From positions 1,856,001 to 1,920,000 of the forward strand of contig CAWKKR010000008.1 of NCBI GenBank assembly GCA_963850305.1: 64,000 nucleotides of DNA, written 5' to 3'. The DNA is from an uncultured delta proteobacterium (GTDB lineage Bacteria; Myxococcota_A; Polyangia; Polyangiales; Polyangiaceae). Position 1 is the first letter of the stretch, and each line of letters starts with the position of its first letter. Shown here piece after piece: positions 31,810 through 42,034 of the stretch. The position numbers and the translations under genes are program-made. The notes below the pieces were generated by a model. That model was not told where the DNA came from, searched no databases, and was given only the letters and a program-made list of their open reading frames with translations.

Positions 31810-33330
31810 ATGGTGGATTGGCCGTCCCTCTTTCACCGACCTGTTATCGCGAAGGCCAGACGCGTCGCTAATTGGCCTCTCCTGCGTCCTGCCGCGGTTG
31901 CAGGCTATGGGCTGCTCGCCAGGGAGGTCGCTCAGCGGCTCGCGCGGGTCCGGGCTGCAGAAGCCGTGTATCTCGCCGGATCGCTGCTCGCGCCGCGCTC
32001 GGTGGTCCCAGGTATCTCCGACATCGATTTGTTGGTCGTTGCGGATTTGCCGAACGTCGACGCAGAGCTCGCGTTCCGTGCCGACTTGACCGAGCTCTGG
32101 CGACGCGTGACGTCCGTCTTCCCCGTCTTCTACAACCTCGACTACGTCGATCGCGCGGACGCTCCGTTCTTGTCGGCGCTCGGGCAGACCTGGATCTCGG
32201 ACTTCGAGAAGCGATTTCGTCTGCTCGCCGGGACTCCGCTGCCGAGCTTCGACTTCGAGCGACCACCGCAAGAGCGTGCCATCGAGCGGCTCATCCACGC
32301 CCTGTCGAAATGGAGAAAGTCGGGGTGCCACCTCATCGATCCGCGACTCGAAGTCGAGCCGTGGATAACGACCCGGGCCGCGGAGCGACTGCTCGCGCTG
32401 GTTTTGGCCCACCGGCGCGGCCTGAGCATCGAGGCGCCGCTCGACGAGCTACTCGCCGAAAGCGCGCCCAGTTCGCGACTCCCGGAAGTGAAGCTCGCCG
32501 GCGCGCGTCAGCGCGTGGTGGCGTGCCTCGCGACGGCGCTCGAGGTCCTGGAAGCGTTCGCGAACGAGTGCACGGCCGCCTGGAGCAGCTCATGGCGCCT
32601 CTCGGCTTCCGGAACGGCGCCGGAGCCGACACCCGCGGAGTGGGGCGAGGCCCGCGTGCTCGCTTCGCACGGCTTCGCGTCGGTCTACGTCGTGCCGAAC
32701 GGCCCCTCGGCGCGCGCTCATCGCGTCATCGCCGTAGGTGCGGAAGGGGAGTCTGCGGGCGCGGTACTGGAGCGCGCGTCGCGTGCGTTCTGCGACCTTC
32801 CGGCCGCGACTCCGGAAAATCGATTCCCATCCCGCCCCGTGATCTTGACGCGTTCTCTCTGGAGAGCGACCGCGTTGATCGAGCCCTGTCCGTTCATTGC
32901 GGCCCACATTGCTTCGGGGCGTTGCGCCGTGCTCGGGGAGCCTCTACCTCCGCCGCCGGCTCCGCCCGATGAGGCTCTCGAGGCGATCCTTCGTACGCGA
33001 GCCGTGGAGCTGTTCGTCCGGCCGAGAACTCGTCTGCTGCGTGTGGGCAAGGCTTCCGCGCGACGCCGGCTCGCCGACGACCTGCGGCTCGCGCCCGTAC
33101 TGACGACCGCCCTCGAGACGGGCATCCTCGAGCTCGACGGCGGAGACGCTGGCGCGTTTCCCTCGCCGGATAGCTCGGAGCGCATCGTACTCGAGGCGCT
33201 CCGTAGATGGGTTCTCGTGCGACGTCAGGGGTTCGCGGCGGAGTTGGTTGCCCGGGAAGCGGGCGAAACGGCCTCGTCGGCTGGTGCCTCGTCCGCGTTC
33301 GTTTCTCCGGTCACGCCGCGGAACAGGTAG
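31810..33330 (+). CDS. Nucleotidyltransferase-domain protein, paralog A
   Basis: VYLAGS...PGISDIDL...LDYVD (Pol-beta superfamily GS/DxD/D). Confidence 0.75.
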   Translation: MVDWPSLFHRPVIAKARRVANWPLLRPAAVAGYGLLAREVAQRLARVRAAEAVYLAGSLLAPRSVVPGISDIDLLVVADLPNVDAELAFRADLTELWRRVTSVFPVFYNLDYVDRADAPFLSALGQTWISDFEKRFRLLAGTPLPSFDFERPPQERAIERLIHALSKWRKSGCHLIDPRLEVEPWITTRAAERLLALVLAHRRGLSIEAPLDELLAESAPSSRLPEVKLAGARQRVVACLATALEVLEAFANECTAAWSSSWRLSASGTAPEPTPAEWGEARVLASHGFASVYVVPNGPSARAHRVIAVGAEGESAGAVLERASRAFCDLPAATPENRFPSRPVILTRSLWRATALIEPCPFIAAHIASGRCAVLGEPLPPPPAPPDEALEAILRTRAVELFVRPRTRLLRVGKASARRRLADDLRLAPVLTTALETGILELDGGDAGAFPSPDSSERIVLEALRRWVLVRRQGFAAELVAREAGETASSAGASSAFVSPVTPRNR

Positions 33331-34733
33331 CGGCCGCCGAGAAGAACCCAGACGAGGAGCGGGCCGAGCGAGCCCGCGCGAACCAGGCCGAGCCGCAGGG
33401 CGAGATTCGACGCGCCCGGGATGCTCGCGATGTCGCCGCGGAGGAATCGCCGATAGCCGTAGTCGAAGAGAAGGTTGCCGTGTTCGGGTCCTTCCAGCCC
33501 CACGGCGGTCAGCACCAGCATGTTTGCGAACGAGACGATGCCGAGAACGACGACCAGCGTGCGCAGTCGAGGACGCTCCCACGCCCACGCGACCCCGAAG
33601 GCGAGAAACCCGATGACCGGCACCAGGTGGCGAGGGCCCGTCGCTGCGCCGCCCCACCACATGTAGTAGCCAGCATTCGCGAGGACCAGGAGAACGAAAG
33701 CAACGAGCGCCGCGCGCACCGCGGCGTCGCGCTTCTTCGCGGCGTCGAGGATCATCGATGGTACGGCCAGCGCCGCGATGGGCGACAGCAGAAACAGGCC
33801 GCGGCGTCCGCCGACCAGGATGCCGTAGAGCGCCGCGCCGCTCGGCAGGTGGACGCCGAGAAGACCCGACGCGTGCCCGCGCGCGAACTCGGCGCGCTGG
33901 ATGAACGAATAACCCGTGCGCCACGGCGCTCCGAAGCACACGGCGTGATACGCAGCGACGACCATCACGGGGACGAGCGCACCCGTTGCCAGATCGATCG
34001 CCGCGCGCAGTCGCGAACCCCGGGTGGCGCCGAGGACTGCGAACGTGATGATGGCCAGGCTCGGGACCGCCGTGATGTATTCCGACCCGGCCGCGAGCGC
34101 CAGGCATGCGCCTCCAAGTCGCACGCGTGAACGCGAAGACACGCGGTCGCCGTCGAGCGCGAGCACGAAAAGCGCGGCGACCAGGAAGAAGCCGGCGACG
34201 GCGTGCCCGTAGAAGCTCGTCGCATAGGGGAATAGCGGCGTGCCCAGGACGGTCGCGGCGGAGCCGATGAGCGAGGCTTCCGGCGAGAAACGTCGTCGCA
34301 AGAGCTCGAAGAGCAGGACTCCGGCGATCGCAGTGCCCAGGCCGGCGGTCGCGAGCGAGCAGGCGTAGAGACTTCGCTGGAACGAGCCGTTCACGAGCAC
34401 GCGGGCGGCCGGAAGATCTTGCGTCGCGAACGACGTGTAGGCGGGGCGCTTGCCGCGCAGGCGATCGCTCGCGTGGATCGCAGCATAGATCGGCACCGCG
34501 AGGAGCGATGGAATCGGCGCCTTGTCCGTGTGCCAGGAGTCGCGGAATCGCGCCCGATCGCCGGTATCGTTCGCAAACTCGTCGATGGATAGGGTGTGCT
34601 CCTCCACGATGGCCCGGGTGAGGTCGAATCTCGAGACGGGGTTCCACGTCGCCGCCGGCATGAAGTACGCGAAGATCCCGAAGAGCCACAGCCCGTAGGC
34701 GACCCTGAACCAGCGCTCGGAACCGGGACTCAT
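33225..34733 (-). CDS. Polytopic membrane protein, probable GT-C glycosyltransferase
   Basis: TM1 then loop WNPVSRFDLTRAIVE...GD...DKAP; GT..FPYA..FYGH; GLF..SP; WWGG...GPRHLVP. Confidence 0.65.
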   Translation of the reverse strand: MSPGSERWFRVAYGLWLFGIFAYFMPAATWNPVSRFDLTRAIVEEHTLSIDEFANDTGDRARFRDSWHTDKAPIPSLLAVPIYAAIHASDRLRGKRPAYTSFATQDLPAARVLVNGSFQRSLYACSLATAGLGTAIAGVLLFELLRRRFSPEASLIGSAATVLGTPLFPYATSFYGHAVAGFFLVAALFVLALDGDRVSSRSRVRLGGACLALAAGSEYITAVPSLAIITFAVLGATRGSRLRAAIDLATGALVPVMVVAAYHAVCFGAPWRTGYSFIQRAEFARGHASGLLGVHLPSGAALYGILVGGRRGLFLLSPIAALAVPSMILDAAKKRDAAVRAALVAFVLLVLANAGYYMWWGGAATGPRHLVPVIGFLAFGVAWAWERPRLRTLVVVLGIVSFANMLVLTAVGLEGPEHGNLLFDYGYRRFLRGDIASIPGASNLALRLGLVRAGSLGPLLVWVLLGGRYLFRGVTGETNADEAPADEAVSPASRATNSAANP

Positions 34734-34818
34734 GAAGCCCCACCTTCCGGCCGCTCCCGGGCGGACGTCAAGGTGCGGTCTGGCGTGGCGTGGCGTTGTC
34801 TGTTATCCGCGACAACGA

Positions 34819-35448
34819 GTGGAGCACGCCGTTCGACCGATCGAGCCCGGGGATCAGCGCCATGGCCTGAGCCCGACCATCGGCATCCAGGCGGCCCTCC
34901 TCGTCCTGTCGCTCGGCGTGGGTTGCCAGAAGCGAGAGCCACCGACGGTGGCCAGTCACGGTTCTCACGAGCTGGTGACTCTCCCGAACAGCACGGTCGC
35001 GCAGGCCAACGAAGGGAAGGTTTCGGGGATCGACCCCGAAGGCAAGGTGAAGTGGACCGCGACCCTCCCCGCCCCGGAGGTCGTGCTCGGGAGGCCGGCA
35101 GCGGCACCGGACAGCACCATATACCTCCGAACGAGCTCCGCGCTCCGAGCGCTTTCCCCGAACGGGCAATGGCTCTGGAAGATACCGCTCCCGGCTCCTC
35201 GCGGTGAGCCGCTTCCCTATTCGCCCGCGGCGATGACGGACAGCTCGTCCGTCGTCCTCGTCGAAGGGCAGACCTATCGCGCGTATTCGCGCCAGGGCGA
35301 AGGCCGGTGGGAGATCAGCCTGGACTCCAGCGAACGGCCCCACGCCGCTCCGCAGGTTGCCCCGGACGGACAGATCTACGTCAGCACTGATCAGAGTCTC
35401 TATTCGATTTCACCTGACGGGAGAGTCACCTGGAGGCAAAGCCGGTGA
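34819..35448 (+). CDS. Lipoprotein with PQQ-like beta-propeller repeats (short)
   Basis: Lipobox GVGC; EGKVKW, NGQWLW, QGEGRW, DGRVTW; P..APD..IY; start uncertain. Confidence 0.72.
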   Translation: MEHAVRPIEPGDQRHGLSPTIGIQAALLVLSLGVGCQKREPPTVASHGSHELVTLPNSTVAQANEGKVSGIDPEGKVKWTATLPAPEVVLGRPAAAPDSTIYLRTSSALRALSPNGQWLWKIPLPAPRGEPLPYSPAAMTDSSSVVLVEGQTYRAYSRQGEGRWEISLDSSERPHAAPQVAPDGQIYVSTDQSLYSISPDGRVTWRQSR

Positions 35449-36954
35449 TCTCCGCCGCGCGTCCAGCTTCGCGAGAAGCTCGGGCCGGAGCGTGTCGAGC
35501 GATGCTCTGAGGCGTTCGAGCAATGCGCGCTCATCGAGCGCCAGGTCTTCCGTGACGTGTCGCCCGTAGTCGACCGCGTGTCCCTCCCGGAGCGCGACGA
35601 GCTCTGGCAAGGTTTCCATTATCTCGGCTCTCATTCTGGCCAGCCCGTCATGACGCGTCTTCGTGAAGCGAAGAGCCCTTCCCCGCGGTCGCCAGAACAT
35701 CTTGACGAGGGAAATGGTCGTCAGAATGTCGAGGTCCAGGGCGGATGGAGCAGCGGGCGGACCGAGGTTCGCGCCTCGAGTCCAGATCGCGCCCGCTGCG
35801 AGGCGTGCCCCCACGGCGGGAAAGGGCTCGATGAGCGCGGCCGCCGCGCGGATGGCAGGCGTCAGGAGTACCGGGTACCGGATTCGCGAGAAGGTACTGG
35901 CGGGGAGAAGGTCGAGCCCGCCGAGTAGGGACTCGAAGTTCTGAACCGCGTGCACGGCGCTCGAGCCGGAAACGGTGGTCACCAGCGCAAGATGGTCATC
36001 GGAACGCGACGAGCACGCGGCGAGCTCCGCGCACGCAAATCCGCACCGGATCGCAGCGCTACCGATCCGTTCCGGGTCCCCACGATCAATCGCGTGCCGC
36101 GGGACGGACATCGGCCATCGTCCTCGGAAATCCCGCGAGAGCCGTCCCATATGCGCGTCGAAGGCCTCGAGACCTGCCGCGACGAAGTGCCGGGGTGAGA
36201 GTGGAGCGCGCTTGGCCGTCACCCGTGCGGGGTCGCGACAAAGAGCGAGTAGCGCTTCACCCGGCGCGTGAGGGCGCACTTCTTCGAGCAAGGCCGGGAG
36301 ATCGGGCGCGGTCCCCGCTTCGATACCGCGCCATGTAGCGACGAGGACCTGCAGCAAGCGCTGACCCCTCCTCGTGCGCTCGAGCGTGTCCAGGCGAGCG
36401 CGAGCAGCCACGAGGATGCTGCTTTGCTTCACCCAGACTCGCATGCATCGAGCAGCACTGGCGAGTTCGCGGTGGCGAACGGACCCAGCAAGAGCGGCGA
36501 GCGACGCCTCACGGCCTGCGAGCAGCTTCCACCGTCGATTGGCGTCGATCGCGAATGCGTCCCCCAGTTGCGTGATGAGTTCCAGGTCGCGCGCCTCGAC
36601 GTAGTCGACGTGTCGGAAGCGTTCCAGCGGACGATTGTGCTTCCGGACGATACGCTCGACGTCGCGCCGGAACCCGAGCTCACTTTCCGCCGTCGGAAGA
36701 TCCGCAGTGAGCATCAGATCTATGTCCGAATAGCCCGGCAGGGGGTTGCCCTGCGCGGTCGAGCCCATGACGTATACGCTCACGACTCCGCGAACCTCAC
36801 CGAGCTCTCCCGCGACACGCCGCGCGCTTCGCCGATACCACGCACTGCCGAGCCGCGTTCCGGGTGCCGTGCGCCCGAGCCACCGAAGTCCCACCACCGC
36901 GGCCACGATGAGGGGGTGACTTCGCGCGAGGCGCTCAGATATCTTGAGCGCCAA
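35410..36954 (-). CDS. Nucleotidyltransferase-domain protein, paralog B
   Basis: VYVMGS...PGYSDIDL...VDYVE. Confidence 0.75.
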   Translation of the reverse strand: MALKISERLARSHPLIVAAVVGLRWLGRTAPGTRLGSAWYRRSARRVAGELGEVRGVVSVYVMGSTAQGNPLPGYSDIDLMLTADLPTAESELGFRRDVERIVRKHNRPLERFRHVDYVEARDLELITQLGDAFAIDANRRWKLLAGREASLAALAGSVRHRELASAARCMRVWVKQSSILVAARARLDTLERTRRGQRLLQVLVATWRGIEAGTAPDLPALLEEVRPHAPGEALLALCRDPARVTAKRAPLSPRHFVAAGLEAFDAHMGRLSRDFRGRWPMSVPRHAIDRGDPERIGSAAIRCGFACAELAACSSRSDDHLALVTTVSGSSAVHAVQNFESLLGGLDLLPASTFSRIRYPVLLTPAIRAAAALIEPFPAVGARLAAGAIWTRGANLGPPAAPSALDLDILTTISLVKMFWRPRGRALRFTKTRHDGLARMRAEIMETLPELVALREGHAVDYGRHVTEDLALDERALLERLRASLDTLRPELLAKLDARRRSPALPPGDSPVR

Positions 36955-38857
36955 GCTGACTCCTGGTTTCAGCGGCCAGTAGCTGGTTATGCAGGAATTG
37001 CCCGTAGCGCGGGCTCCGCGACAAGAGCTCGGGGTGGGTTCCGTCCTCGACGATGCGGCCGTCCTCCATGAGGAGTACCCGGTCCGCGGCGCGAATCGTG
37101 CTGAGCCGGTGGGTCACGAGCAGCCGCGAGCACGTCGGTCCGAGCGCCCTGATGCTCTCCAGCACGACGGCTTCGCTTTCCCCGTCGAGATGGTTCGTGG
37201 CTTCGTCCAGGACGAGGACCTTCGGCTCGCGGAGAAATGCGCGCGCCAGGGCGATTGATTGACGTTGACCGCCCGAGAGCCGCGCCCCGCGCTCCCCGAC
37301 GACCGTGTCCAAGCCATCCTTGAGCTCGGCGATGAAGCCCACCGCGTTAGCCTGCCCGGCAGCTCGTTCGATATCGCGATTGCTCGCGCCCTCCTTCCCG
37401 AACGCGATGTTGTCGCGCACCGTGCCGTCGAACAGGAGCACGTCTTGATCGACGAGAGCGACAATCTCTCGATAACTCGAGGTCGACAGTTCATCGACGC
37501 CGGTTCCGTCGAGGGATACGCGGCCCGCCGTCGGCCGAGCGAGGCGCGCCACGAGATTGACTGCGGTGGTTTTTCCGGCGCCGCGGGCGCCGACGAGCAC
37601 GACCGTCTCTCCAGGGTTCAGCGTGAGGTCGAGTCCGGTCAGGACCTCGTCACCGCCGTCCGGATATGCGTAGTGCACGCCCGCGAGCTCGATCCGGCCC
37701 TTCACCGTCGCCCGATCGAGGGTCTTCGTGCCGGCGTCCTGCGAGTCCGGAGTTTCTTCCGCGACGTCGAGCGCGCGGCTGAAGCCGGCGAAGTCGTCCT
37801 GCAGCCGCAGCGAGCCGGACACGAGCTGCTGCAGGGGACGAAGCAAGCTCGCGATGTACCCGAGGAACATCAGAAGATCGCCGAGCGTGAGCCGGCCATC
37901 GAGCACCCGAGAGCCGCCGTAAAACAACATGACGGCGCTGGCGGCGGCGATGACGAGCCGCCACCCGCTGTCGATGTAAGTGGTGCGCCACCAGCCTCGC
38001 ATCATGTGCCTCACCATCAGGTGAGTGCCGCTCACGAACTGGCGGAGCACCGAGCGTTCGCGCCGGTACGTTCGGATCGTGCGGATTCCGGAGATCGCCT
38101 CCGCGACGCGCGCGTCGACCTCCTGGCGCGCGCGACGCGCCGCGCGGAACACGGGCTCCGTTCTGGCGATCACGCCGCGGTGAGAAACCCAGACGACCGG
38201 GAGCAGAGCCAGGGCAAGCGCGAGAAGCCCCTTGTCGACGGCGGCCAGCACGGCGAGCGTGCCCGCGAGCTGGAGCGTCGAGCGCCAGAGGTTGACGACG
38301 AGTTGAAAGAGAATATCGCCGGGTGCGCGTGCGTCCTCGCGCAGGAGACTCGCCACTCCGCCACTCTTCACGCCTTGGATCTTCCAGAGCGGCAGACGGA
38401 GCGCGCTTCGCAGCAACCGCCGTGAAAAGCGCACCTGCAGGTGCCACGTGATGAGCCGAAGCCGGTACCATCCCCAGACATCAATCAAAATCGCGACCAG
38501 CTCGCTCGCCAGAACGGCCGTGCCGAGCACGATGAGCAGCTTCGCGCGATCGTGCGGGAGCCCGAGCCACTTCGGGATCCCGTTCGGTCCCGGGTGGTCC
38601 ATGAAGACGTAGTCGATCGCGAACTTGGGTGACGCCAGGTACGTGAGGCGCAACGACGCCGCTGCCGACAGCGCAGCAACGACGAGGATGAGCTCCACGT
38701 ATTTGCCTTTGAGGAGCTCGGCTAGCGCGCGCGCCAGGCTCGCGACCGATCGGGGCTTGGCCGAGGATTGGGTCGGGCCCGGGCTGGCGCCATCGAAGAC
38801 GGCCGTCTTCGAGCGCCCTGCGCGAAACCCGAGGCGACTCGGCACGCCGAAATCCAT
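36935..38857 (-). CDS. ABC exporter, fused permease/ATPase (MsbA/MdlB-like)
   Basis: TM domain plus GARGAGKTT, LSGGQRQ, VLDEAT, HRLST; start uncertain (ATG 38857). Confidence 0.88.
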   Translation of the reverse strand: MDFGVPSRLGFRAGRSKTAVFDGASPGPTQSSAKPRSVASLARALAELLKGKYVELILVVAALSAAASLRLTYLASPKFAIDYVFMDHPGPNGIPKWLGLPHDRAKLLIVLGTAVLASELVAILIDVWGWYRLRLITWHLQVRFSRRLLRSALRLPLWKIQGVKSGGVASLLREDARAPGDILFQLVVNLWRSTLQLAGTLAVLAAVDKGLLALALALLPVVWVSHRGVIARTEPVFRAARRARQEVDARVAEAISGIRTIRTYRRERSVLRQFVSGTHLMVRHMMRGWWRTTYIDSGWRLVIAAASAVMLFYGGSRVLDGRLTLGDLLMFLGYIASLLRPLQQLVSGSLRLQDDFAGFSRALDVAEETPDSQDAGTKTLDRATVKGRIELAGVHYAYPDGGDEVLTGLDLTLNPGETVVLVGARGAGKTTAVNLVARLARPTAGRVSLDGTGVDELSTSSYREIVALVDQDVLLFDGTVRDNIAFGKEGASNRDIERAAGQANAVGFIAELKDGLDTVVGERGARLSGGQRQSIALARAFLREPKVLVLDEATNHLDGESEAVVLESIRALGPTCSRLLVTHRLSTIRAADRVLLMEDGRIVEDGTHPELLSRSPRYGQFLHNQLLAAETRSQLGAQDI

Positions 38858-38943
38858 CGGAACGTATCTGTACACGGTGAAGAAAGCCGAGCAAGCTCTC
38901 CGAGCGAGTACCGCGTGATGCCTTCTCGCGATTCGGGGCCACG

Positions 38944-40386
38944 ATGACGAACGCGCCGCGGTTTGCGCGCCTCGCAAGACGAATCGGTCGCACACCGATC
39001 GGCAAGGCGGCGCTCGTTCGCGCTTACTGGGCCGCCGCCGAGGGTGCCGCGCAACTGCTTTTGCGCGTGCCCGGCGTCGACGGTGTCTACGCCTCGGGGT
39101 CCCTCCGAGACCCGCATCGGCTCCGCCCGGGCTACTCGGATATCGATCTGGTTGCGGTCGTCGACGTGGCCACGCTCGAAGACGAACTCGAACTTCGGCG
39201 CGGGTTCCGGCGGGTTCTCGGTCTCGTGAACGTCGCCGGGCCGCTCTTCAAGCACCTCGACTACGTCGAGCGTCGAGATCTCGAGTTTCTTCGCAGGCTC
39301 GGGAACGCGTGGTCCTTATCTGCCGACTCGGCGTGGGAGCTTCTGGCGGGAGCGAACCGTCTCGAGCCGGGCATTCACGCGGGGCACGAAAAGCGACGCC
39401 TCGAGCGCCTCATCGCCGCCCTCCGCCGCTGGCAAGATACGAGCTCATTTCTCCTCGACGGAGGGGGCGGCCGCGCGCCGACGTTGAATGCAATCGGAGC
39501 GGAGCGCACGCTGGCCGAGGTGCTCGCCGCCTGGCTGGACATGCCACGGTTCACACCCCTCACTTCACTCCTGGAGGCCGCGCGCCCGCGCGCGCAAGAG
39601 TTCGACGCACTGAAGGCACTCGCCCGGACCTCTGAACGGAAGGCCGCCGGTGCTGATGACAACGTCGTGCGGGAGCGCGTCGTTGCGAGCCTAGAGGTCC
39701 TGAGTGCGTTCGCGTCCGAAGTGACGCTCGGCTGGAGCGGCGAGTGGCCTCGCGAAGCGCTGACCATGACGGCGGCGAGCAAGCGAAGTGCGCCGCGAAT
39801 GTCTTCGGCCGGACGACCGCTGTCGGCATCGTACCTCGTGGAAGATCATTACGGCGAGGACGTCCCGCTCGTCGTTGCCGCGCCGGGGGCGTCCGCGCGG
39901 CACGCGGTGACGTCTCTTGAACGCCTGCTGGAGGTTCGAAGGGCAGACGCTGCCCTCCGCGTCACCCCGCGTCCCACCGTGCTCACGAACTCGCTCTGGC
40001 ACGCCGCCGCGCTGCTGGATTCTCCGCCCTTCACTGGAGCCGAGCTCGCGCTGGCCGGCCGTCTCCAGTGGGGCGAGCCGCGGCCCGCGCCGCCGAGTCC
40101 CGTGGGACAGGCGTGGGACGATCTGGTCGTGGGGCGTGCCGTTCAGCTGTTCTGGCGCCCGCGCGGGCGCGGCTTGCGCGTCGAGGTGAGCCCGGCTCGG
40201 GCGCTCGAGAAGGCGCGTCACGAGGTGTTCGTTCACGGGAGTGCACTCGCTGCGCTGCTCGGGGTTTCGAAGCTGGATCTCGCGGACACGTCCAGTCGCG
40301 TCGACGAATCGACGCTGATCGAGAAGCACCGCAGCCTCCTCGCGGCGCTCCGGCCGGCCTTCGTCGAGCGACTCCGCCGTCGCTGA
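38944..40386 (+). CDS. Nucleotidyltransferase-domain protein, paralog C
   Basis: VYASGS...PGYSDIDL...LDYVE. Confidence 0.75.
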   Translation: MTNAPRFARLARRIGRTPIGKAALVRAYWAAAEGAAQLLLRVPGVDGVYASGSLRDPHRLRPGYSDIDLVAVVDVATLEDELELRRGFRRVLGLVNVAGPLFKHLDYVERRDLEFLRRLGNAWSLSADSAWELLAGANRLEPGIHAGHEKRRLERLIAALRRWQDTSSFLLDGGGGRAPTLNAIGAERTLAEVLAAWLDMPRFTPLTSLLEAARPRAQEFDALKALARTSERKAAGADDNVVRERVVASLEVLSAFASEVTLGWSGEWPREALTMTAASKRSAPRMSSAGRPLSASYLVEDHYGEDVPLVVAAPGASARHAVTSLERLLEVRRADAALRVTPRPTVLTNSLWHAAALLDSPPFTGAELALAGRLQWGEPRPAPPSPVGQAWDDLVVGRAVQLFWRPRGRGLRVEVSPARALEKARHEVFVHGSALAALLGVSKLDLADTSSRVDESTLIEKHRSLLAALRPAFVERLRRR

Positions 40387-40526
40387 CCGGGCTCCACGCA
40401 TCCACGTTTCGGGCCTGTGTGGGAGAGCGTGCGCGAACCGACTCGAAACACGAGAAACCACGCGGAATTCGGCGCTCGTGACGGTTGCCTGTACTATGTC
40501 CGCCTTTCAGATACACTTTCGCGCGT

Positions 40527-41995
40527 ATGTCACTTCAGCCCGGCCAGGTCATCGAGGGGAAGTACCGCATCGTCCGCATGATCGGGGAAGGGGGGATGGG
40601 CGCGGTCTTCGAGGGCGAGAACATCCGGATCCAGCGACGCGTCGCCATCAAGGTGCTGCACCCCGCGTTCACCGGCAGTTCGGACGTGACGGCGCGCTTC
40701 GAACGGGAGGCTCAGGCCGCCGGAAAAATCGGCAACGACCACATCCTCGAGGTGCTCGATCTGGGCACGCTGCCGGACGGCTCGCACTTCATGGTGCTCG
40801 AGTTCCTGGATGGAGAACCACTGTCGGCGCGCATTCGCCGCCTCGGACGGATGACGCCCGAAGACGTGGCGCCGATCGCGTTGCAGGTCGCGCAGGGGCT
40901 CGGTGCCGCCCACGCTGCGGGCATCATTCACCGCGATCTGAAGCCGGATAACATTTTCGTGCTCAAGGAGAAGGCCGGCTTCCGCGATTACGTCAAAATC
41001 ATCGATTTCGGGATCTCGAAGTTCCAGACGTTGAGCGGCGAAGGCATGAAGATGACGAGCACGGGCGCGGTGATGGGCACCCCGTATTACATGCCGCCCG
41101 AGCAAGCGAGCGGCAGCCGTCCGGCGGATGCTCGGAGCGACATCTACTCCGTGGGTGTCATTCTCTATGAATGCGTCACCGGCCGGGTTCCATTCGATGG
41201 AGAGACGTTCAATCAGCTCATGTTCAAGATCGTTCTCTCGACGCCCCCGCCGCTGCACGAGGTGGTGCCGGATCTCCATCCCGCGTTTGCGAGCATCATC
41301 GTCAAGGCCATGGCGCGTGACGCCGAGCACCGGTTTCAATCCACGGAGGAGCTGGCGAAGGCGATCACGGCATGGGTCGAACGCCGCGCGATGGTTTCCA
41401 ATCCGCCTCCGCCCGAGCAGCCCGATGCCGTGATTCCAGGGGTCTCGCGTGAGCGCCTTGCCTCCGTCTCGAGCTTCGTGCCGAGCCAGACGTCGAGTGG
41501 CGCTTCCAGCGGCCAGACGGCCGCGCCTGTTCCAGAGCCGAGCGCGCAGCCGTTTGGCGCTTCGGTACCCGGGCGACACGGGCAAACCAACGGAACTTTC
41601 GCGTCGTCGCAGGCCGGCGCGGTTCCGAGCAAGAGCACGATCACGGCGGCGGTCGCCGGCGGAGTGCTGCTCTTCGGCGGTTTACTGATCGCGGTTGGGC
41701 TCCACAGGAGTGGCCCGTCCGCAGCAGAATCGGCGGCGACGCCGACGGCCGCGGCGGCCGCACGAGCGTTGCTACGCCGCCGACGGCCGTCCCACCGGCG
41801 AAGCTGGCGCCGGCGATCACGGTCGCGCCGGTCCCGACCGTCGCCGCGTCGGTGGTTGCGCCTCCCGTGGCAGCCGTGGCGGCGACGCCCCACAAGTCCG
41901 CACAGACGAAGCCCGCGCACGAGGCCCCGAAGCCGCATCACTCGACCGTGCGTCCCTCTTCTTCACCCAGCCAGGCGACCGACTTCGGCTACTGA
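40527..41995 (+). CDS. Hanks-type Ser/Thr protein kinase with TM; frameshift near 41745-41762
   Basis: GEGGMG, VAIK, HRDLKPDN, DFG, GTPYYMPPE, DIYS.G; shifted frame gives Ala/Pro-rich tail ending TDFGY* at 41995. Confidence 0.9.
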
Positions 41996-42034
41996 CCGAG
42001 CTTCGAGCGACAACGTCCGGAGTTCCGCGGATCA

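Noticed and set aside
31810..40386. CBASS or MNT-HEPN toxin-antitoxin defence system
   Set aside because: No recognisable effector, Cap2/Cap3 or HEPN RxxxxH partner adjacent; context is glycan modification (not formally excluded without structure comparison)
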